Origin: a virus
Strand: one strand, 5' to 3'
IMG/VR virus record: IMGVR_UViG_3300025120_000020
Length of the DNA: 64,000 nucleotides
Position 1 is the first letter of the stretch, and each line of letters opens with the position of its first letter. Made by a program: the position numbers and the translations under genes. The notes beneath the pieces are model-generated. The model was not told the origin of the DNA. It did not search any database and saw only the letters and a list, made by a program, of their open reading frames with translations. Of the stretch, positions 54,854 to 64,000 are shown one piece after another.

Positions 54854-56400
54854 TGCGAAAGACTGATTGGGATGTCATCACTTTCGTTGCTAGACTCCAA
54901 ATTAACATCAACGTTATTAATAGAATTAACAATATCCTGAAGGTCTCCGCGCTCTTCGATTCTAAAGTTTTGAATATTCAAGTTTATAAAATTCTTGCGA
55001 TTAGAGCCATCTGGCATTTCTATGGGATTAATGTCACGAAGAGGGTTTTTACCTAGATGACGAGCTTTAAGATTTACTAGCTTGTGAGTTCCGAATCGAT
55101 CTCCATCTTCATGAATTTCATCTGGAACTTTCCTCCTCAATAAAAACAGATGAGAACAGAATTGAGTGATCCCATCAGAAAGAGAGACCACACTTTCATT
55201 ATCGACTATCGAATCTGTTCCCCTGTTACCCGTAATCCCAAGTCTATTTGCTTGAACAGAAGTCATCATTGAAACGCAGGGCTTGCCATCAAAACACAAA
55301 TCCCTATGGATAGTTTGCTTGAACAAGTGAACCATCAAAGAAACTTGCTGCCAACCAGAATCGTTTTTGCCAACGCTATTAAAGTCTGTCTTGATATAAT
55401 CAAAACTAAAAATCATTTTATTACCCCTGCCAACTTTAGAGTAGTAATACCTTTTTAGATAAGAGCACATTTCTTCAGCAGACATACCAGCAACATTCAC
55501 ATAATAAAACTGCATATTACCAGACTTTATCTTATCCCAAGTTTGACGAACCTTTGCTACAACCTCTTCAACAGACCAATTCTTATAACTAGAAGTCCTC
55601 CACTTCCCACTTTGCAAGAGGTAAACAGGTATGCCGCTCATTGCAGAACATTGACGAAAAATAAGCTCCTCTTCACTCATTTCACCATTGTCAAAATGTA
55701 AGACAGGAATATTGTATTTAGCTCCAGTTCTTATTGTGTAATCCATGCAGAACTGAGTCTTTCCCACGCCAGAACGAGCAACAATAACAGAGATGTTTCC
55801 CTCTAAAAGTAAAGATCCGTAAATCTCGTTTATTCTTTCATGTGGCCCCATTAATCCAGATTCTTCAATAGGATTATTTCCCCTATCTTCAACCAAATCT
55901 TCCATCATATCAAAAAGATTAATTGGCCCATCATCAGTAAACTCAAAATCTTTAATATTTTTGTTATAAATCTCGTCAGCTTTATCTATAATTTCTGAAT
56001 ATTTTATATCAGGATCGACCTTTTTGACATAAGAAGCTACGTCCCTTGCGGAGCGATAGATCTCTCTACGAGCAGAGAACTTTTTCAATTCCTTTACTGA
56101 AGAAATAAAGATATCTTCAGTAATCTTATGGTAAACAAGGGATCGGATGTATTCTGGCAGGTCAATACTGTCTGGGAAACTAACCTTTAGTTGCTCCAAT
56201 CTTGGAATAAGAATAGTGTCATCAATTGACTCCATATTATTCAATGCATTGCGGATCAATTTAAAAATAGAAAGATGAACCTGAGAGTCTTCACTAAAGA
56301 AATCTTTCTCATTGAGAAACACTGAAACTTCAGCCCACTTGTGAGGGTGCTGGAGAAGACCCTTTAATACAGTCTTCTCTAGATCCATGCTAGATATCAT
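54850..56400 (-). CDS. dnaB: replicative DNA helicase
   Basis: ARSGVGKT, NGEM, FDYIK, Q.NR and KAR motifs. Confidence 0.88.
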   Translation of the reverse strand: MISSMDLEKTVLKGLLQHPHKWAEVSVFLNEKDFFSEDSQVHLSIFKLIRNALNNMESIDDTILIPRLEQLKVSFPDSIDLPEYIRSLVYHKITEDIFISSVKELKKFSARREIYRSARDVASYVKKVDPDIKYSEIIDKADEIYNKNIKDFEFTDDGPINLFDMMEDLVEDRGNNPIEESGLMGPHERINEIYGSLLLEGNISVIVARSGVGKTQFCMDYTIRTGAKYNIPVLHFDNGEMSEEELIFRQCSAMSGIPVYLLQSGKWRTSSYKNWSVEEVVAKVRQTWDKIKSGNMQFYYVNVAGMSAEEMCSYLKRYYYSKVGRGNKMIFSFDYIKTDFNSVGKNDSGWQQVSLMVHLFKQTIHRDLCFDGKPCVSMMTSVQANRLGITGNRGTDSIVDNESVVSLSDGITQFCSHLFLLRRKVPDEIHEDGDRFGTHKLVNLKARHLGKNPLRDINPIEMPDGSNRKNFINLNIQNFRIEERGDLQDIVNSINNVDVNLESSNESDDIPISLSQ

Positions 56401-56618
56401 CGAGCACCTCCCTCGTCCAAAGAAATTTCGACCAACTTACTCAAAGCCATATCGACACAAGTATTTTCTGTCTTGGTTGCAAAAGTAGGTTGACCCACAT
56501 CATTAATATAATAAAGGAAGAATCCCTTGTTTCCTCCGCTCTCAGAACCCGTGCAATCAAAAAGCTTCGTTAGAATGCTTATAGGTAACGTATTATCCGT
56601 TTTGTCAAAATTGTTCAT
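56397..56618 (-). CDS. hypothetical protein
   Basis: 73 aa with ATGA overlaps on both sides. Confidence 0.6.
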   Translation of the reverse strand: MNNFDKTDNTLPISILTKLFDCTGSESGGNKGFFLYYINDVGQPTFATKTENTCVDMALSKLVEISLDEGGAR

Positions 56619-57022
56619 ATAATGTCTAATGCTCTTAGAAGCTCCTCGTCAATGGTATCCCTTTCCAATATTCTGACAAGCTTAATTTGGTTAATTTCAC
56701 AAAAATACTCCTTTTTCTCATCTCTCTGCAACTGAGAAAGGAAATTTTGCCTAGAGTTTGAGTGGAAGAACTTGTTGTATTTGTAATGTTGATTGCCATC
56801 CACCTCTACTGCAAGTTTTTTATTTGCGTTGTAAAAGTCTAATGTCATTCGTGTCCCAAGAACGGGAAGCTCCTCGAAAACAACATCAGAAACCCAATTT
56901 GAGTATAAGAGATCTTTAACTTTTTTTTGAAGCTTACTCCGACACTTTTTGTCCCAATCAATTAAATACTTTGTAGAGTTTTTGAGCTTTTGTTCCCGAC
57001 CAGTTGTCGTTAAAAAGATCAT
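56615..57022 (-). CDS. Vsr/DUF559-like endonuclease
   Basis: LDFY..LAVEVDG.QH, RD..K..C..N.I.LVRI motifs. Confidence 0.75.
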   Translation of the reverse strand: MIFLTTTGREQKLKNSTKYLIDWDKKCRSKLQKKVKDLLYSNWVSDVVFEELPVLGTRMTLDFYNANKKLAVEVDGNQHYKYNKFFHSNSRQNFLSQLQRDEKKEYFCEINQIKLVRILERDTIDEELLRALDII

Positions 57023-58146
57023 GCGAAAACGTTTTCAGCAATAAATAAGTGCATTGCTTTTGTCACCTCTTCGTTGCTCTCCAAGAGATCATACAAAGCT
57101 TTCATTCCTTGATACTTCTCCTGAAGTTCAATGCCTCTATCGCCAAGATATTTGATCAACTCCTCATCAAACTTAAACCAAGAAGCTGACTTCTCAATAA
57201 AGTTCCACATTAGAAGCATTTCAATAATCTCACGCTCAATCCAAATAGACTTTCCATCAGATCGACCATGCTTAATTGGATAGCGGATACGCATTCCCGT
57301 GCTCTCATTCGTAGACTTTTGAATATGAACCTTGGCATAATGCCCAATGATTGGATTCTCTGGGCTTGGCCTTGCCTTTTGGTCTTGCAAGATCAAGTCG
57401 GCCTGATTTCTCTTTTCGAAGTTAATGATCCAGTCTGGATAGTGAAGTGCTGCATTGCCACCGCTAGAATTGGTTTGGTTGTTTGGATCACTAGCTGCAT
57501 ACTGACTCGTCTTAATAGTTGACCGAACCTGAGAGATCATAATGCACATGTGACCAAATTTACCCATCCCAAGACTAACTCGCTTTAAGAAATCTGAAGT
57601 TAAAGATGCACCTGCTGCAACTTTTGCTGCGTCACTGGTAGTCTTCTCTAGGTCAGATTTAGGAATCAAGCCATCCATACTGTCGATGACAATGCAAAAT
57701 TTTTCTTTATCTGGGTTATTCTTTAGTAGTTCTCTAAGACCATCGAAAACTACATCATAAATATTGCACTCCCAAACAAGGCAAGTGCCGACTTCCCAGT
57801 CTTCTGGGTCAGTCACAAACTTCAATCCAGAACGCTTTTGGATGTCTCCTGATAGGCGACCCTCTGCTTTAATATAAAGACCCTTGGTTTTCTCTACTGT
57901 CTCAAGCATGTTCTTCATAACATGAAGAGCCTCGTTTGTTTTACCTCCTTCATTGCAGCCGATAAAACGCTGCAAACCAGCTCCAAGACCACCACCAATA
58001 AACTGGTCTAAAATCAAAGAACCAGTCGAAACTATATAAGGCTTCGCAGTATCTTCATAATTGTAATGAAACTCTTTGTTACTCTTAAAAAACTTCGACA
58101 TAAATTGCGAAGTGCCGATTGTTTCTTTTGCGCTTTTCTTACTCAT
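57019..58146 (-). CDS. recA: RecA/UvsX-like recombinase
   Basis: STGS..LD..GGG, G.NEGGKT, VIDS, ISQVR and SGG.A..HY motifs. Confidence 0.85.
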   Translation of the reverse strand: MSKKSAKETIGTSQFMSKFFKSNKEFHYNYEDTAKPYIVSTGSLILDQFIGGGLGAGLQRFIGCNEGGKTNEALHVMKNMLETVEKTKGLYIKAEGRLSGDIQKRSGLKFVTDPEDWEVGTCLVWECNIYDVVFDGLRELLKNNPDKEKFCIVIDSMDGLIPKSDLEKTTSDAAKVAAGASLTSDFLKRVSLGMGKFGHMCIMISQVRSTIKTSQYAASDPNNQTNSSGGNAALHYPDWIINFEKRNQADLILQDQKARPSPENPIIGHYAKVHIQKSTNESTGMRIRYPIKHGRSDGKSIWIEREIIEMLLMWNFIEKSASWFKFDEELIKYLGDRGIELQEKYQGMKALYDLLESNEEVTKAMHLFIAENVFA

Positions 58147-58585
58147 CTAAAAAATCTCTCAGGGTTTTTCTTTTTTCGATCAATCTATCTTCTCCGCATT
58201 TAAGCCTATGGTCAACCATTTTTTCGGAGTTTTTTGGCTTGTAGTAAAATTCTCTGAGCTTCTTGTCTAAGTATTCCAATCCATCTTTGGTTAAAAAATA
58301 TTTTATTGAACCATCGAACTTAAACGGAGGCTTAACCTTCAACAAAAAATCAGCATCATTTTCAAAGCGCTTGAAAACCTTCGTAGCTGTGATCATATCC
58401 AGCTTGTAATTCGTTGAAGGCTGATTATTCAGCATCTTCTTTATAAACTGCTGCCTCTCTCTAAAATAAGTAGGCTTTTTGGGTGTTTTTTTGTGGTTTT
58501 TAAATATAAACCCACACTCACACTCTAAAGCTCGGCTAGAACACAAAGAAGAACACTTTGGACATTCTTTTTTACCCCTTGGCAT
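58139..58585 (-). CDS. Zn-ribbon protein
   Basis: CPKC..CECG at N-terminus. Confidence 0.65.
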   Translation of the reverse strand: MPRGKKECPKCSSLCSSRALECECGFIFKNHKKTPKKPTYFRERQQFIKKMLNNQPSTNYKLDMITATKVFKRFENDADFLLKVKPPFKFDGSIKYFLTKDGLEYLDKKLREFYYKPKNSEKMVDHRLKCGEDRLIEKRKTLRDFLDE

Positions 58586-58591
58586 AAAGGT

Positions 58592-58620
58592 ATCCTAACA
58601 TGCATTCATATCGTTTGCAA
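58592..58620 (-). promoter_or_regulatory. promoter TTGCAA-17-TAGGAT, 6 nt before ATG 58585
   Basis: Seen directly; heads the recA-dnaB-dnaG run. Confidence 0.6.
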
Positions 58621-59623
58621 CCATTTTTCTCACCAAGCCTAAAAAATCTGTTTTTGGAGACCAACCCAACTCTCTTCTAGCTAAGTCAGAATCTCCCAAA
58701 AGCAACTCTACTTCAGCAGGGCGATAAAAAGCTGGACTAATCTGGACTAAGATCTTGTCTTCATGGTAATACTTCTCGTTAACACTATAGCCATCCCATC
58801 GACATTGATCTTTAGCAAATCCTGCAAAATTGAAAGCCTCCTCAACAAATTCTCTAATCGAGTGTGTTTCGTCTGAAGACAAGACATATTCTTTTGGATG
58901 CTCTTGGTTGAGCATCAACCAAACACCTTCAACAAAATCTTCAGCATCGCTCCAATCTCGCTTGGCATCTACATTACCTAACTCAAGAGGCATAAAATCG
59001 CCACTAGGGTATTCCTTTTGAATACGAGATACATTTTTGGTAATCTTACGAGTTACAAACTCTTCTCCGCGACGAGTTCCTTCATGGTTGAATAACCATC
59101 CTTGAATAGCAAACAAATGATAGGAATCTCTCCATACTTTTACCATGTGCCTCGCACTAGCCTTAGAAACACCATAAGGGCTTCTTGGTCGCAACGGATG
59201 AAGTTCTGACTGTGGAGAATGTAAAACGTCTCCAAACTCCTCTGAGGAGCCAGCGTTGTAATAACGGCATTTAGGACAATGCTTGCGAATTGCCTCAAGC
59301 TGATACATTACAGCCATAGCATTTGTGTTCATGTGGTTTGCTGGTTGGGTCCAACTAACCCCCACAAAAGAATTAGCCGCAAAATTAATAAAATAATCTG
59401 GCTTCTCTTTAGAGATAACCTCTTCTGTATTTACAGAATCAGTAACATCTAAGTCAATGAGTTTAAAGCGTGGATTATCTACCAGATGAGCAATATTGCT
59501 ATGATTTTTGACACTTAAACGCCGAACTCCAGCGATAATAGTGTGCTCAGTATTCTTCAGAAGATAGTCAGCCATGAAGCTGCCATCTTGACCTGTTACT
59601 CCTGTAATAATAACTTTTTTCAT
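58595..59623 (-). CDS. gmd: GDP-mannose 4,6-dehydratase
   Basis: ITGVTGQDGS, PRSPYG.SK, LFNHE..RRGE.FVTRKI and RPAEV.LLLGD motifs. Confidence 0.92.
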   Translation of the reverse strand: MKKVIITGVTGQDGSFMADYLLKNTEHTIIAGVRRLSVKNHSNIAHLVDNPRFKLIDLDVTDSVNTEEVISKEKPDYFINFAANSFVGVSWTQPANHMNTNAMAVMYQLEAIRKHCPKCRYYNAGSSEEFGDVLHSPQSELHPLRPRSPYGVSKASARHMVKVWRDSYHLFAIQGWLFNHEGTRRGEEFVTRKITKNVSRIQKEYPSGDFMPLELGNVDAKRDWSDAEDFVEGVWLMLNQEHPKEYVLSSDETHSIREFVEEAFNFAGFAKDQCRWDGYSVNEKYYHEDKILVQISPAFYRPAEVELLLGDSDLARRELGWSPKTDFLGLVRKMVANDMNAC

Positions 59624-60456
59624 CTATTTTTTATCCAATCAATTAAATTTTTAGTTGGCTCCCAGCCCAAAAGGTCTTTTGCTAAGACTGAATTACAAAG
59701 AGTATCTTGAGCTTCACCCATCCTATCGCCATGATAGTTAATTTTTTTTTCGCCATACATTTCCGAAACCTCCTTTACAGAGTGATTATCTCCTCTACCT
59801 AATTCAAATAAATTTCCAAAAGATTTTTCCTCAAAAATTAAAATCAAAGCATCGACAATATCATCTACATGAGTGAAATCTCTACGTTTTGATCCATCTC
59901 CATAAATATTAAATGCCATACCCTCTCTGTAAGCTTTGTCCCAAATACCAATTAAAGTTGCTGCTCCTTCCTCTAATTGATGAGGTCCGTATACATTATA
60001 AAACCTTGCGGTGCTTGCTTGTATATTAAATAGTTTTTGATAAAGTTCAACCGTTTCTTCAGACAAATCTTTTGTGAATGTGTATGGATTTTTAAATTTA
60101 CCTGAATGGTGAGAAGAACTCCCAGCAAAAATTAGTGGGATATTATTGGACCTACAATATTCGCAAACATTAAATGTTGCAATCACGTTGTTTTTTGCAT
60201 ATAAAACTGGATCTTTAAATGAGGGTTGGATTCTAGCTGAAGCAGCCAAGTGATAAACTATATCAACATCTTCCTCAATGTTTTCTAGGGGGTATTCTAA
60301 AATGTCAGCATTAATGTAATTAACACCAGAAATTTCATTTTCTTTTTTACCAGTAGAGTAATTATCTATGCTTACAACATCATGGCCATATTCCAATAAT
60401 CTTTTGCAAAGATTATAACCTACAAATCCCGCTCCTCCTGTAACTAATATTTTCAT
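59620..60456 (-). CDS. NAD-dependent epimerase/dehydratase
   Basis: VTGGAGFVG, Y...K, RFYNVYGP and RDFTHV motifs. Confidence 0.85.
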   Translation of the reverse strand: MKILVTGGAGFVGYNLCKRLLEYGHDVVSIDNYSTGKKENEISGVNYINADILEYPLENIEEDVDIVYHLAASARIQPSFKDPVLYAKNNVIATFNVCEYCRSNNIPLIFAGSSSHHSGKFKNPYTFTKDLSEETVELYQKLFNIQASTARFYNVYGPHQLEEGAATLIGIWDKAYREGMAFNIYGDGSKRRDFTHVDDIVDALILIFEEKSFGNLFELGRGDNHSVKEVSEMYGEKKINYHGDRMGEAQDTLCNSVLAKDLLGWEPTKNLIDWIKNR

Positions 60457-61622
60457 TTGTTTTTAGATTGAAAGTCTTGGATATCATCAATAATAATTAT
60501 TAAGTTACCCACTTTGTAATGACCAAGCAAATTATTGGAAGATATAGCTGAACTTAGATTTTTTATTAAGTTGAAATCTTTCTGATCAAAGTTTCTCCCG
60601 TCAACATAAACCGTTACCTGATGATAATTAAACTCTGTTATTTTTTTAATTCTGCTATCCAAATTAAATAATGTTTTGTCGCAGTTTTCTGAAACATAAC
60701 TTTTTACATTCTCAGAGCTACAATCTTGATAAATTACATCACAAACAGGCTCAAGATGATAAAGAAGAGTTGGATTGCAGTATTTACAAACAATAGCTAC
60801 GTCATATTTAGGGAAAATAATCGGACTCAAATATTGATCTAGTAAAACATCAGTCCCCCATTTTCTAAAGAAGTTTCTCTCATTTTTGTGGTTTGTTTTT
60901 TGCCACTCTGGAGAATCTACCCCTGTATCACCACCAGAGATTTTGTTAAACCTACTGCCTCTAGAGGTGAAATGATAAACTAATCCATCCCAAGTTTGAA
61001 TCAATTCATATCCATTAATAACAAACCTATAAAAAAGATCGGAATCTTCCCTGCTTTGAGGAGCGAACAATTCATCATGTCCACCTATGCTCAAAAAATC
61101 TTCTTTATACATGCACCAAGGAGCGAACATTCCATTAGTCGTTTCGGAATCAGGCTTTTTCTGGTAATCATTTTTACACCAATCCACAAACTTATCATAA
61201 TCAAAGTCTTTCACTTCTGAACCTAGATCAACTAAAACTTTTGATTGGTGATCTGGGTGAATGGGAGGCTCTAATCTAGTAGCGCAAACAACCTTCCTTT
61301 TATCTAAATGTTTTAATATTTGATAATCTAAGTCGGGAGCAGCAACCATATCAGCATGAAAAGCCATGATTATATCTGTTGGGGCCATAGCTATCCCCTT
61401 GTCGAACATACCAACAATACCGACTCTTTCTGGTCCAGAATTTTTATAACAATGAAGTCTTTCATCATCCAATGAATCTAACCATTCTGAAGTTCCATCT
61501 GAAGAAGCGTCATCCAAAATTAAAATATGGTGAGAACCCTCCAATTTCTTTAAAGAATTGTAACATATTTTTAAGAATTCTAAATTATTTCTAGCTGGGA
61601 TTACAAAAGTAATAGCTCTCAT
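60453..61622 (-). CDS. family 2 glycosyltransferase
   Basis: VIP, LDDASSDGT, HADM and GG.DE.F..REDSD motifs. Confidence 0.85.
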   Translation of the reverse strand: MRAITFVIPARNNLEFLKICYNSLKKLEGSHHILILDDASSDGTSEWLDSLDDERLHCYKNSGPERVGIVGMFDKGIAMAPTDIIMAFHADMVAAPDLDYQILKHLDKRKVVCATRLEPPIHPDHQSKVLVDLGSEVKDFDYDKFVDWCKNDYQKKPDSETTNGMFAPWCMYKEDFLSIGGHDELFAPQSREDSDLFYRFVINGYELIQTWDGLVYHFTSRGSRFNKISGGDTGVDSPEWQKTNHKNERNFFRKWGTDVLLDQYLSPIIFPKYDVAIVCKYCNPTLLYHLEPVCDVIYQDCSSENVKSYVSENCDKTLFNLDSRIKKITEFNYHQVTVYVDGRNFDQKDFNLIKNLSSAISSNNLLGHYKVGNLIIIIDDIQDFQSKNK

Positions 61623-61623
61623 A

Positions 61624-62265
61624 TTATTTTTTAAGGTTAATTAAGAAAAAGAAAACTCTACAATTATTAAGATCATTTGTAATGTCTGTCCCATACTGAT
61701 TTCTAGAATTCAACAATAATTCTTGTAAACCAAATCCTGATATTTTAGAGTCTGGAAAGTTTTTTGTTAGAATTTCTATCATCTCCTTTGAGTCGTATTC
61801 ATATAAGTGAGTTCCTCCATCATACTCCCAAGTAGGGGTTAATCTTCTTGGAGTAGTTATAATTATTGTTTTTTCCGTAACAAATTTTAAGGACTGTAAA
61901 TATTGATCTATTTTTTCTGGAGGAAGATGTTCAAATGTTTCTATCGAAGTGCATACATCAAATTCATTCTCTTCAAATTCATCTTTCAAATTGAAAATAT
62001 CGCAAGTTAAAAAATGAACATTATCTCTTCCGAACCTGCTCTGACTTTCTTTGATTGAATCTTCATCTATGTCAATCCCTGTAACAGACTTTGCGCCAAG
62101 AGAATAAAGGATCATAGCTCCATATCCTCTACCAGTAGCTGCATCTAAAACTTTCTGACCCTTCGTCCAATAGTCAGCTATCACATAACGATCAATCATG
62201 GTTGAGGTTGCAGGATTTTTGAGTCTGTTTATCTCTTCAAGAGTGTGATTATCTGTAGTTTTCAT
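61624..62265 (-). CDS. class I SAM-dependent methyltransferase
   Basis: RY, VLDAATGRGYG, GIDID and ETFEH motifs. Confidence 0.85.
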   Translation of the reverse strand: MKTTDNHTLEEINRLKNPATSTMIDRYVIADYWTKGQKVLDAATGRGYGAMILYSLGAKSVTGIDIDEDSIKESQSRFGRDNVHFLTCDIFNLKDEFEENEFDVCTSIETFEHLPPEKIDQYLQSLKFVTEKTIIITTPRRLTPTWEYDGGTHLYEYDSKEMIEILTKNFPDSKISGFGLQELLLNSRNQYGTDITNDLNNCRVFFFLINLKK

Positions 62266-62954
62266 TAAATTAAATCTTCAAAATTTTTAAAAGTAACTTT
62301 ATATTTGTCAAGAAGAATCTTCAAAGTATTTTTGAAATGAGTGTAATTTGACAAGTCCCAAACATTTTTATTAAATTTGCCTGATATGTGCGACTGAAAG
62401 TAAATAAACTTATCATCTACAATGGACTGCTCCTTACTTGTGATGCAGGTATTGTTCGCAAACAGTTTACAGTCTTCTCTAAAGTGGATGTTTTTATTAG
62501 TTAACTCGTGGATTGCTAAATACTTGAATTTTTCTTGTGCTGCATAAAAAGACCCTTGAGTAGCATTCCATCCACACATCCTCCATCCTAATGGATGAAC
62601 ATCAACAGAATCCCATTCAATTAGACAATCATTCAATCTTTTCTGAGATTCATAATAATCTAAATCCAAGAATTCATTTTCTCTACAGTAATTAGGATTA
62701 GTATATGGCCTACAGTGAGTGTGGCCATGACCAGCAAATTCTATCCAATCTTGATCTTTCCAAAACTTAACCCAATCTTTATGTTTCGAAAGGGGGTATA
62801 ATCCTTGGTAATTAGAGGGCGTAAACAAAACGAATTTACATCCAAACTCCTCATTTAAAAGTTGAATATATTTAGTGCATTCGTCATTAGGTAATCCCCA
62901 ACCTTCTTCTGGATGAAGGTCGTCAATTGCTATTACTATATCTAAACTTTTCAT
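62265..62954 (-). CDS. polysaccharide deacetylase-like (DUF2334-like) protein
   Basis: IDDLHP and HG.TH motifs. Confidence 0.65.
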   Translation of the reverse strand: MKSLDIVIAIDDLHPEEGWGLPNDECTKYIQLLNEEFGCKFVLFTPSNYQGLYPLSKHKDWVKFWKDQDWIEFAGHGHTHCRPYTNPNYCRENEFLDLDYYESQKRLNDCLIEWDSVDVHPLGWRMCGWNATQGSFYAAQEKFKYLAIHELTNKNIHFREDCKLFANNTCITSKEQSIVDDKFIYFQSHISGKFNKNVWDLSNYTHFKNTLKILLDKYKVTFKNFEDLI

Positions 62955-63888
62955 AAAATCTTTTTAAAAATATTTCTTCTGAATATTCTTTTTTATACAA
63001 TTGTTTTGTTTCCTTTGAGCAATGATTGTAAAAATCACTATCACTAAATAATTTTTCCATTAGCTTACGAGCCTTTTCTAAATCTCCATCTTCTACAGAT
63101 AAACTTGGGTGTAGCTTTCTTTGAGTATCTAAATAAGAATACGCTATACATGGTATACCTAAGTAAGAACAATTTAAAGAAAAAGTTCCTGCGGCAAAGG
63201 TTCTCATCAAATGGATTGAATATTTTCTCTTTGATAATTCAAACATCCAATTAGACCAATTTGTATAATCAATATGAGTTAAATTTTTTATTTTTGTCTC
63301 ATCTTCTTTAAACCTACTTCCGCGACCCATAGTTGGTGCATATAATTCTTCGCTAAACTTCGATGCAATAGCAAAAGAGTCAATACCTCCATACCAACTT
63401 GAACAATTACCTCCCAACATAACTCCAGACCTTTTATTCTCTGGGTGCAAATCTTTAATTGCGTCTTCAATCATTAACGATTGAAAAGTTTTTATGGATT
63501 TATTTGGGAAAATTCCTTTGTAATATTTTACATCTGATTCATTATGAGTAAATATAACGTCAGCTTCTGCCAAGTTATTAAGGTAGTGTAGTTGATCGTT
63601 AATTGAGTAATCTTGGAAATACCAAAATGGTCCTTCCTGCATAACTATTATGATCTTGCAAAATTTTTTAATTTCAGAGATTTTAAAGATGGAAGGATTT
63701 TTTTTAGATAAAATAACTATCCCAATGTCATAATGTCCATAAAGAGAATTATATTTTTCAAAAGGTGGGTTAAAAACATGAGCATTTAAAGAACAGGCCC
63801 AAGCCAAATCTGTTCTAATATTTGGATGTTCTCTACTAACCATATATGGAGCTGTAGAGTCTCCCTCTTGGAAAAAAGCCACCTTCAT
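62923..63888 (-). CDS. GT-B-like glycosyltransferase
   Basis: C-terminal AGTF...C..LG.PCI motif; located in the glycan cluster. Confidence 0.55.
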   Translation of the reverse strand: MKVAFFQEGDSTAPYMVSREHPNIRTDLAWACSLNAHVFNPPFEKYNSLYGHYDIGIVILSKKNPSIFKISEIKKFCKIIIVMQEGPFWYFQDYSINDQLHYLNNLAEADVIFTHNESDVKYYKGIFPNKSIKTFQSLMIEDAIKDLHPENKRSGVMLGGNCSSWYGGIDSFAIASKFSEELYAPTMGRGSRFKEDETKIKNLTHIDYTNWSNWMFELSKRKYSIHLMRTFAAGTFSLNCSYLGIPCIAYSYLDTQRKLHPSLSVEDGDLEKARKLMEKLFSDSDFYNHCSKETKQLYKKEYSEEIFLKRFYEKFRYSNSN

Positions 63889-63889
63889 T

Positions 63890-64000
63890 TTAAATTGTAT
63901 CGTATAAATTATTTTGACGCTCTTGCTTTTTGATATCTTTTACATGAAGAATACAAAAATGCTCAATAGGTTCACTAGATAATTTAACTTGATTCTTCGC
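63890..64000 (-). CDS. C-terminus of a probable glycosyltransferase (partial)
   Basis: Manual translation ...FCILHVKDIKKQERQNNLYDTI*. Confidence 0.5.
   Translation of the reverse strand, partial: AKNQVKLSSEPIEHFCILHVKDIKKQERQNNLYDTI

Noticed and set aside
34500-63700. TTGCAA enrichment in block B
   Set aside because: About 17 copies by eye versus roughly 10 expected at this AT content; not convincingly enriched.
1-64000. Stop-codon reassignment, tRNA/rRNA genes, integrase/att sites or IS elements
   Set aside because: Genes tile densely under the standard code, and I recognised no tRNA cloverleaf, recombinase or transposase by eye.

Overview
The window is bacteriophage DNA made of two compositionally different blocks. 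Block A (about 1-30.7 kb, roughly 50% GC by eye, mostly + strand) is a podovirus-like virion module. It holds a 4910-aa multi-domain (polyvalent) protein, portal, scaffold, N4-gp56-like major capsid protein, adaptors, tail fibre and a candidate unimolecular spanin. Block A is strongly enriched in the palindrome TTGCAA (about 68 copies counted by eye, about 8 expected). A 30.7-33.9 kb fibre/adhesin segment lacks that signature. Block B (about 33.9-64 kb, AT-rich, mostly - strand) looks like part of a larger phage. It carries ThyX, a near-complete ADP-heptose pathway in which a cupin and a small HAD stand where GmhA and GmhB would be expected, and a lysis cassette. It also has a ClpA/C-like ATPase, a DnaE split into PHP, exonuclease and polymerase genes, a Cas4-like nuclease, primase, DnaB, RecA and a sugar-nucleotide/glycosyltransferase cluster. 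Many genes appear to be transcribed leaderlessly from sigma70-like promoters, and a second GTGTA(A/T) motif precedes lysis and head-associated genes. The A/B join may be a real recombinant or an assembly chimera. All assignments come from motif recognition by eye; no database searches were run.
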